The notes beneath the pieces were generated by a model that had not been told where the DNA came from, made no database searches, and saw only the letters and a list, made by a program, of their open reading frames with translations. From positions 1 to 12,100 of the forward strand of contig JAVVGN010000057.1 in NCBI GenBank assembly GCA_032249095.1: DNA of 12,100 nucleotides. The letters are read 5' to 3'. The stretch comes from Candidatus Caldarchaeales archaeon. GTDB lineage: Archaea > Thermoproteota > Nitrososphaeria_A > Caldarchaeales > Calditenuaceae. This document shows positions 6,617-12,100 of the stretch, one piece after another (the stretch's first letter is position 1; each line of letters begins with the position of its first letter). Position numbers and translations under genes: made by a program.

Positions 6617-6748
6617 GTAATATATGTATGACTCACCTACACTTAGCCGAGGGGGCCGGATGGAGCCAACGGAAATAGGCACCAGCGCTGCGGCCACAGG
6701 GTTCACCGTCAGCGACGAAGACCGTCTCTCGGCCGTTCCTTGTATAGC

Positions 6749-6756
6749 CTTTATAG
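6749..6756 (+). promoter_or_regulatory. TATA box candidate for the PAC2-family gene
   Basis: CTTTATAG is centred about 29 nt upstream of the ATG at 6782. It is divergent from the rhodanese promoter. Confidence 0.45.
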
Positions 6757-6781
6757 CTGAGGGCGGGTAATTTTCGTCAGA

Positions 6782-7540
6782 ATGAGGAGCACCATCCTGA
6801 ATAGGCTTCAAGACGCGGATCTGGGCGACTCGGAGTGTATCGTGATCGATGTTTGTGGAGGGCCGGGTGTCGTGGCACTTATCGTTGGCAACGTGATCCA
6901 GGAGAGTCTGAGGAGCGTGAGGGTTGCGGAGGTCCTCTCGCCCCGCTTCCCCCAAGTAACGCTCATAAGCAACGACGGAGTCGCCGCACCGCCGCGCATC
7001 GACATTAACGTGGCAAGATTCCCAGACGGATCTAGCCGCGCACTTATCCTGCTGAGCAGGAACTTCATAGTTGACGAGGTCGAGGTGGGGGAGGAGGCTG
7101 CCGACCTAATCATGAGCTACTTGTCAGGTCTCAGGGTCTCGGAAGAGATCTTCATCACAAGCGGCCGGATATCTACCTCAGGCGAGGTCTACGTCTCCTC
7201 GACCGAGCTAGAGAGGGTGAGGAGGTTCGTGAGGCTCGGGGCAAAGACCTCCTCCAACCTCGAGAACCTGCCAGTCGACAGGGTTGCGACATCTCTGATG
7301 CTCAGGTCCCACCTACGCTCGATACCTATGAGCCTGATCATCTCCGACACTATGGGCTTTGCCCCCGACCTCGCATCCGCCAAGCGCGTCATCACGATCC
7401 TCTCAACCTACCTTAACGTCGCGATCGACACCACGAAACTCGACATGGAGATAGAGAAGCAGAGACAGTTCTTCGAGGAGACCAGTAGGCTCTTCCAGCA
7501 GCTCGAGAGGGGCGGAGGATCACCCACCTACATCGGCTAG
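6782..7540 (+). CDS. PAC2-family protein (archaeal PbaA/PbaB-like proteasome assembly chaperone family; ATP-grasp-like COG1938 type)
   Basis: The pattern fits PAC2 proteins as recalled from memory: IVIDVCGGPGVVALIVGNVI (the vvG.PG.G.vg block), then SPRFPQVTLISNDGVAAPP, then a C-terminal coiled/acidic tail. No search was run. Confidence 0.55.
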   Translation: MRSTILNRLQDADLGDSECIVIDVCGGPGVVALIVGNVIQESLRSVRVAEVLSPRFPQVTLISNDGVAAPPRIDINVARFPDGSSRALILLSRNFIVDEVEVGEEAADLIMSYLSGLRVSEEIFITSGRISTSGEVYVSSTELERVRRFVRLGAKTSSNLENLPVDRVATSLMLRSHLRSIPMSLIISDTMGFAPDLASAKRVITILSTYLNVAIDTTKLDMEIEKQRQFFEETSRLFQQLERGGGSPTYIG

Positions 7541-9687
7541 CCGGTTATCTCGTAGATATAGACGTAGGCTAGGCTTGTGTAGGGTGCAGAAGACGAGTAG
7601 ACGAGCCTATAACCCTCTATCGCAGGCTCCTCGTAGTAATGCGCCACCACCACGTTCCCGAACTGGTCTGTAGTTGTTCTGGGCTTGAAGGGAATCATCC
7701 GCCCAAGGGTGGTGTCTGTCCAGAACTTATCTGCGGGGTTCGTCGGGTCCCTGTTTGGTCCAAGGATAGCCGCCTCGTCTAGCGGCTTGAGTCCGAGGGC
7801 CTTAGCATTCTGGTTCGCTATGCGTAGCATCCAGATCCATTTCGACTCGTCGCCATAGTAGAGGAGGCGGGGGAAGTCGCCCGCGCCTAACTGGGGCCTG
7901 TGGGTCACGAATATTAGCACGTGGGTAGCGCCCAGCTCCTTGAAGAGCCTGACACTCACGTTGGCGGGGGACATAAAGGCGTAGCCGACCTTAGCGATCT
8001 TGAGCGTGTCGATCGTGGTGTTGTCGACTAGTGAGGACCTATTCCCGACGTGCGTTATCCAGTTGCCATAGTCCCACCAAGATGCTACGACGGCGTCCGG
8101 CGGAAGGTTGTTCCTCATCCACTCGACGGCCCTCAGCCAGTCGTAGACCCTCGCCTCCCTCGAGATGGGTAAGGATGCGGCGGTTATGGTGCTGGGCATG
8201 TAGGCCGCGTCGATCGAGGAGAAGCCCCAAGTGTTGCCTAGGCCGCGCGGCAGATAGTTGACGGCTATAAGCGCGACCACTAGCAACGGAACAACTATAA
8301 GGACCTTCCTTCCCCCCTCTCCGCGCCTGAGTCGAGGAGCCCCACGGGGCGCCGCTAGCCCGCCGGCCGCGCGCGCCAGCATCTCGTGAATCACGAACCC
8401 TGCTACAATGGCTACGATGGGTGACGTGGGTAGGGCGAGTCTTACGAGGGAGGAGGCGAAGTATAGTGATAAGAGCGCGTATATGGCGAGGAATATTTCT
8501 CCCTCACCCCGCCTCTTCAGCAGCAGGTAGATCCCCATTGGTGCTAGGAGGAGCGTGGGGCCGAAGTCGTTGAAGAGTGTCGCCCATGTGGCCGGCTGGT
8601 TCTCGGCTACGGAGGCTATTATCACGAGCTGCTGCCTAAGAGTTGGTACCAGCACGGATAAGAACTTCAGGCCCGGGAGGCCCGCGATCTCGAGCAGCGT
8701 GGCAAGAATGGCGAGGAGGAGGAAACCAAGCGCCAGTCCCCGGACCACCAAGACGGCCTTCTGACCCCCATAGTACCTATAGATAGCCTCGGAGAACACT
8801 AGATAGAGGAGAACTAGGTAGCCTGCTACCAGCGTGATCTCTGTGAGGTAGGTCGGCCCGAGCTTCGGCACACTAGCCATCACGGCTGCTAGCGCGGCTA
8901 TGAGGGGTGTGAAGCTGAAGAGGAGCTGCCGCCTATACCTTCCCATGAATACAAGGAGGCCCGTGAAGAGTAGGACGAGCATGATGGGGAATCTGTGGGC
9001 TCCCCATGTGGCGCCCGTGTAGCCGAGGAGGAGGCCCGTGAGTAGGCCCAGGACGGCGGCCCCCTTGGCGGACCTCTTCTCATCTATCGAGGCTAGGTAT
9101 GTCAGGAAAGCGGCGTGCATGAGTGGGATGGATAGCGCCTCGTCGTCGAGCCAGCCAAGGTGTGTCCTCGAGATGTGGGCGTAGCTCACGGAGAGGAGGA
9201 GGGCCGAGGCGAGGGCGGGCCCAGTCCCCAACACGCGGCGCGCCAAGAGGAAGGTGATCACTACGGCTATCATCCCGTAGACGACGGGGAGTATTGAGGC
9301 CAGCTCCATCAGGTCTACCTTTATCCCTAGCGAGGAGAGGCTCAGGTAGATGAAGGCGAGGGTGAAGGATACGCCTGGGTAGAGGACGCGTCCTATCGGA
9401 AGCCCCGTAGGGTACCATGCCTTAGGCTCCACGAGGCCGCCAAACTCGAAGAATCCAGCCCAGCCCCTCTCAACTATCATGGAGGCCGCCCTGAAGTGTA
9501 GCCACGGATCGAACTCGCTGAGTATAAAGCCCCACCTAGCGGGGAGGATTCGCACCATAAATGCGACTGAGACAGCTATCAGCAGGATAGAGGTGACGGC
9601 ATAGGACTCCCTGCCACCCACCCGCCGATCCAAGGCTAGGAGCCCCCTCGCAACCTTGGCGAAGGGGGCGGATATTCCGCCAGCCAA
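7537..9687 (-). CDS. aglB: Archaeal oligosaccharyltransferase AglB (STT3 family)
   Basis: The diagnostic WWDYGNW motif is present. The N-terminal half is multi-TM and carries SEFDPWLHFR and WLDDEA acidic loop motifs, and the C-terminal domain is soluble. The start as tracked is TTG at 9687; GTG/TTG alternatives lie within the first 23 codons. Confidence 0.9.
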   Translation of the reverse strand: MAGGISAPFAKVARGLLALDRRVGGRESYAVTSILLIAVSVAFMVRILPARWGFILSEFDPWLHFRAASMIVERGWAGFFEFGGLVEPKAWYPTGLPIGRVLYPGVSFTLAFIYLSLSSLGIKVDLMELASILPVVYGMIAVVITFLLARRVLGTGPALASALLLSVSYAHISRTHLGWLDDEALSIPLMHAAFLTYLASIDEKRSAKGAAVLGLLTGLLLGYTGATWGAHRFPIMLVLLFTGLLVFMGRYRRQLLFSFTPLIAALAAVMASVPKLGPTYLTEITLVAGYLVLLYLVFSEAIYRYYGGQKAVLVVRGLALGFLLLAILATLLEIAGLPGLKFLSVLVPTLRQQLVIIASVAENQPATWATLFNDFGPTLLLAPMGIYLLLKRRGEGEIFLAIYALLSLYFASSLVRLALPTSPIVAIVAGFVIHEMLARAAGGLAAPRGAPRLRRGEGGRKVLIVVPLLVVALIAVNYLPRGLGNTWGFSSIDAAYMPSTITAASLPISREARVYDWLRAVEWMRNNLPPDAVVASWWDYGNWITHVGNRSSLVDNTTIDTLKIAKVGYAFMSPANVSVRLFKELGATHVLIFVTHRPQLGAGDFPRLLYYGDESKWIWMLRIANQNAKALGLKPLDEAAILGPNRDPTNPADKFWTDTTLGRMIPFKPRTTTDQFGNVVVAHYYEEPAIEGYRLVYSSSAPYTSLAYVYIYEITG

Positions 9688-9714
9688 CCTAAAACACCTT
9701 CAGGTCGGGGGGTC

Positions 9715-9722
9715 AATATAAG
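9715..9722 (-). promoter_or_regulatory. TATA box candidate for aglB
   Basis: The minus strand reads CTTATATT, centred about 31 nt upstream of the TTG at 9687. Confidence 0.4.
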
Positions 9723-9753
9723 GTCGTTGCCGCGCTGGACACAATAGTTTCTC

Positions 9754-10236
9754 CTAACTGCCGGTCGTGAACACGCCTCCGAGCGCGTCGAGGATGGAGT
9801 CTGCCGTGGCCACCGGATCTCTCCCAAGGACCCAGTCCCGAGTCCCCGGTATCTGCGAGTCTATAGAGACGCTGATGTCCTTGCCTCGACCGTGCTGCTC
9901 CAGTATCGCATCAACCATCTTCCTATAGGCCTCGAGCCGACCTCGACCATGCCTCCTTCCTTCCGCTTCACCGCCGCATATCCCTTCATCTTGATCGTCG
10001 CGGCGCCCGCTAGTCCACCGGAGACGACCACCTTTCCCGAAGCCGACCACGTGACCACCGTCATCCAACCAGGTCCCACCCTGACACGCTGCGCAGTGGA
10101 CTAGGACCTTCTCCCCCGAACTGGACAGAATTATAGGGACTCTCCGCGAAAAGGCCGCTGAGGCTCCTCATCAGGTCGCACAGCCTAAAGGCTCAGCCCG
10201 CGCTCCGCGAGAACCCCTTCCTAACGTGGGCGTCAT
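9754..10236 (-). pseudogene. Disrupted ORF of uncertain family (weak resemblance to LOG/TIGR00725-type Rossmann proteins)
   Basis: An ATG at 10236 is followed by 21 codons and then an in-frame TGA (10173-10171). The same frame then stays open for about 138 codons down to 9754. In the middle, a second frame (9861..10079) reads more protein-like (VVVSGGLAGAATIKMKGYAAVKRKEGGMVEVG). This suggests a nonsense mutation, possibly with frameshifts as well. Confidence 0.35.
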
Positions 10237-10261
10237 TGCCCGTCAGCGAATTGTTTACCTA

Positions 10262-10271
10262 AGGTATATAA
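10262..10271 (-). promoter_or_regulatory. TATA box candidate upstream of the disrupted ORF
   Basis: The minus strand reads TTATATACCT, preceded by CAGAA (BRE-like). It is centred about 31 nt upstream of the ATG at 10236. Confidence 0.4.
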
Positions 10272-10282
10272 TTCTGATGAAA

Positions 10283-11560
10283 TCAGTGCTCCATGAGCAG
10301 GAACGGCAGATAGATCGGGAGGACTAGGAACGTCACCAGAAGCCCCACCTTCATGAACTTGAAGTACTGTATCGACACGCCGTACCTACTCTCCAGGACC
10401 TCGAGTACTATCACGTTCGATGCCGCGCCGAAGACAGTGAAGTTGCCTGCAAGAGTAGCTGCAGTCGCGAGGGTCAGCCAGACGCTCTGATCGCCCGGCC
10501 CAACGCCCAGCTCCTTCAAGTGCTGGATCGCGAGCTTTGTGTAGGGCACGTTGCTGATCAGCTGGCTGATGAGAAGTGAGATGGCGGTGAGTGTGAGGAG
10601 CCCCGTGAAGCCGGAGGGATTGTTGAGCTCCATAAGCCCGAAGAACGGCTGGAGTATTCCTGACCTCCATATCCCCTCCACAGCGATGAACATTCCCATG
10701 AAGAAGAGGACCGTGCCGAAGTCCACCCGGGACAGCACCTCCCTCGGGCTATCTGTGAAGGACCAGAGGGCTGCTGCCGCGACGAACGGGATGAGGCCCC
10801 TCGCGTTGACGTGCAGTTGTCCGAGCATCGCGAGAACGTCGTTGATTATCAGGGCAGCAACGGTGACCCCGCCTCCCACAAGCGCGATGTAGAGCTCCCT
10901 GCGCGACCTGACAGACTCCCACGGGTCGACCGTGATCGCGATCTTCGCGCGTGGCACCCTGTATATCCTCTCTATGACGAGCGCTAGCACGACCAGCGAG
11001 ACCAGCGTCGGAACAGCGAGCCTCGTGATGAACTCGACGAACGGCGACCTCATGCCTGACTGGAGGGCCACGAGCACGTTCTGCGGGTTACCTATCGGCG
11101 TCATGACGGAGCCTACGGTGATCGAGTAGCAGAGCAGCAGGAACACCAGCTCGTACCTCCCTCCCAGGGCTTTCCCTATCGTGACCGCTATGGGCGGACC
11201 TAACAGCGCCACGGTGTCGTTGACGAAGAACGCCGACATCAGCCCGAAGAGCAACGAGGAGCCCATGAGCAGCTTCCTCGTGTCGGAGACCCTCAAGAGG
11301 AAGTAGTTCGCTATGAAGTCGAGGAGGCCGGAATGCTCTGCCATCCCCACAAGCGCGAACATCCCGATGAGGAGCATGATGACGTCGAGGTCTATGACGA
11401 ATGCGGCCTCGTCGAGACCCACGAGTCCGAGGAGGAGCGTGGCGGCGCAGAGCATCATCACCGACCAGAACGGGACCTTCGGGAACCTGCCCCTCAGCAC
11501 CGTCCCCCCGAGGAGCATGACGAGCACGATAAGGCCCGATAGCGATTTATCGGTCAGCAT
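10283..11560 (-). CDS. ArsB/NhaD-superfamily (YbiR/citrate-transporter-like) ion permease
   Basis: 425 aa, hydrophobic throughout with about 10-12 TM segments. The GNPQN motif characteristic of the ArsB/NhaD permease superfamily is present (MTPIGNPQNVLV). The substrate cannot be assigned. Confidence 0.8.
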   Translation of the reverse strand: MLTDKSLSGLIVLVMLLGGTVLRGRFPKVPFWSVMMLCAATLLLGLVGLDEAAFVIDLDVIMLLIGMFALVGMAEHSGLLDFIANYFLLRVSDTRKLLMGSSLLFGLMSAFFVNDTVALLGPPIAVTIGKALGGRYELVFLLLCYSITVGSVMTPIGNPQNVLVALQSGMRSPFVEFITRLAVPTLVSLVVLALVIERIYRVPRAKIAITVDPWESVRSRRELYIALVGGGVTVAALIINDVLAMLGQLHVNARGLIPFVAAAALWSFTDSPREVLSRVDFGTVLFFMGMFIAVEGIWRSGILQPFFGLMELNNPSGFTGLLTLTAISLLISQLISNVPYTKLAIQHLKELGVGPGDQSVWLTLATAATLAGNFTVFGAASNVIVLEVLESRYGVSIQYFKFMKVGLLVTFLVLPIYLPFLLMEH

Positions 11561-11593
11561 AATCCCGATCGGGTCCGATGTGGCCAGATGCGG

Positions 11594-11602
11594 CTTATTA
11601 AC
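11594..11602 (-). promoter_or_regulatory. TATA box candidate for the permease gene
   Basis: The minus strand reads GTTAATAAG, about 38 nt upstream of the ATG at 11560. A second and better TATA (ATTTAAA, 11623-11629) lies further out and could serve either strand. Confidence 0.3.
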
Positions 11603-11850
11603 TTAGAACTTATCTCAAAACTATTTAAACTTCTTTCTAGCGTAGTTTTCATTGAGTTCTGAAAGCTTGAAGATAGCCATAAGGTATGAAGAGGCTGGAA
11701 GCAACATACACTGCCTTGTGGCTTAATTCCTGGGCTCTTTCGTCTCTCTTCGCTACCTTTTGGCTATTCCTGTGACGTTTTCGGCTCTCATCTCAGATTC
11801 CCTATATCCTTTCGCCTCAAGGCCTATTGCCATGCCTCCACTCCTCTCCC

Positions 11851-12100
11851 ATGATGAGCTACTGGAAGAGGGTCGATGAGAGGCTAATTAAGCGTGGCAT
11901 GCTTATTATGGATCTAGATTTCGTGAGGGGTTACCGGGATGAGCTCGTCAGAATGAATAGGAGGAAGAGGGGGAGGCCTTACAGGATAGCTGAGAGCTAT
12001 GTCAGGTTCCTCGCCGTTATCAGATATCTCTTCTCCCTAGGTTACAGGCAGCTTGAGGGTCTCACCAGATCCCTCGGGAGGATCTTCCCGATTCTTCCCG
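11851..12100 (+). CDS. Transposase, N-terminal 83 codons (IS5-like family); continues beyond the window
   Basis: This ORF is not in the track because it has no stop within the window. Translation: MMSYWKRVDERLIKRGMLIMDLDFVRGYRDELVRMNRRKRGRPYRIAESYVRFLAVIRYLFSLGYRQLEGLTRSLGRIFPILP. The W..Y/V...L..RG...W..EL..MN..K.GRPY...S...FL...R..F.L.YRQLEG pattern is typical of archaeal IS5-type (ISC1234-like) transposase N-termini, as recalled from memory. It is preceded by about 240 nt of low-GC non-coding sequence. Confidence 0.6.
   Translation, partial: MMSYWKRVDERLIKRGMLIMDLDFVRGYRDELVRMNRRKRGRPYRIAESYVRFLAVIRYLFSLGYRQLEGLTRSLGRIFPILP

Noticed and set aside
6646-6733. 88-nt segment closed by a 9-bp stem, considered as a possible tRNA
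   Set aside because: There is no T-arm/T-loop (GTTCRAATC-like) consensus, no D-arm, and no cloverleaf on either strand.
6340-6955. ORFs 6340..6678(+) and 6599..6955(-) spanning the divergent promoter region; 6808..7113(-) and 7189..7395(-)
   Set aside because: They cross TATA boxes and overlap the rhodanese or PAC2 genes on the opposite strand. Their composition is low-complexity.
8031-9418. ORFs 8031..8261(+), 8039..8230(-), 8555..8764(+), 8898..9083(-) and 9080..9418(-)
   Set aside because: All lie inside the aglB coding region, in other frames or on the other strand. The translations are Arg/Pro/Ser-rich, and aglB is unambiguous (WWDYG motif).
10171-10173. In-frame TGA considered as a possible selenocysteine codon
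   Set aside because: No Sec machinery is known in crenarchaeal-type lineages and no SECIS-like context was recognised. The surrounding ORF also shows signs of frame decay, so a nonsense mutation is the simpler explanation.
10274-10286. CTGATGA (C-box-like) within a small hairpin CTGAT-GAA-ATCAG, which raised the idea of a C/D box sRNA
   Set aside because: No D box (CUGA) or C'/D' boxes occur at the appropriate 12-nt guide spacing on either strand. The hairpin overlaps the permease stop codon, so it is probably incidental. A second CUGAUGA on the minus strand (10167-10173) also lacks partner boxes.
10386-11606. ORFs 10386..10670(-), 10551..10892(+), 10932..11129(+), 11313..11606(+) and 11333..11542(+)
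   Set aside because: They overlap the ArsB/NhaD permease gene in alternative frames or on the other strand, and none has a motif.
1-12100. Scan for CRISPR arrays, tandem repeats and defence-system gene signatures
   Set aside because: No regularly spaced direct repeats and no Cas, restriction-modification, toxin-antitoxin or other defence-type protein motifs were recognised in any ORF. The window looks like housekeeping genes punctuated by two IS elements.

Overview
This looks like a chromosomal window from a high-GC archaeon, probably a hyperthermophilic crenarchaeote. Evidence: a GC-rich 23S rRNA 3' end with no 5S gene after it, an AglB/STT3 gene, a PAC2-type proteasome chaperone, and A/T-rich TATA boxes about 25-30 nt upstream of start codons, implying leaderless or short-leader mRNAs. 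Order of features: 23S rRNA 3' end (1-~280, +); MFS transporter (+); IS110-family element with a frame-disrupted DEDD recombinase and a strongly structured 149-nt region at its 3' side (within 1601-2978); a minus-strand gene string of tandem-rhodanese sulfurtransferase, GcvH-like/TusA-like fusion, double-SIS protein and dihydropteroate-synthase-like protein (6588 down to 2979); PAC2-family protein (+) converging on AglB (-) with overlapping stop codons; a decayed ORF that keeps a promoter (9754-10236, -); an ArsB/NhaD-type permease (-); and the 5' part of an IS5-like transposase running off the window end. No CRISPR array, tRNA or obvious defence island was seen. The two items most worth follow-up are the nested-stem RNA-like element next to the IS110 recombinase (candidate bridge/seek RNA, or an IS target palindrome) and the rhodanese plus non-lipoylatable GcvH-TusA fusion pair (candidate sulfur-relay module). 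All protein family calls rest on motifs read by eye from the ORF translations; no database search was run.
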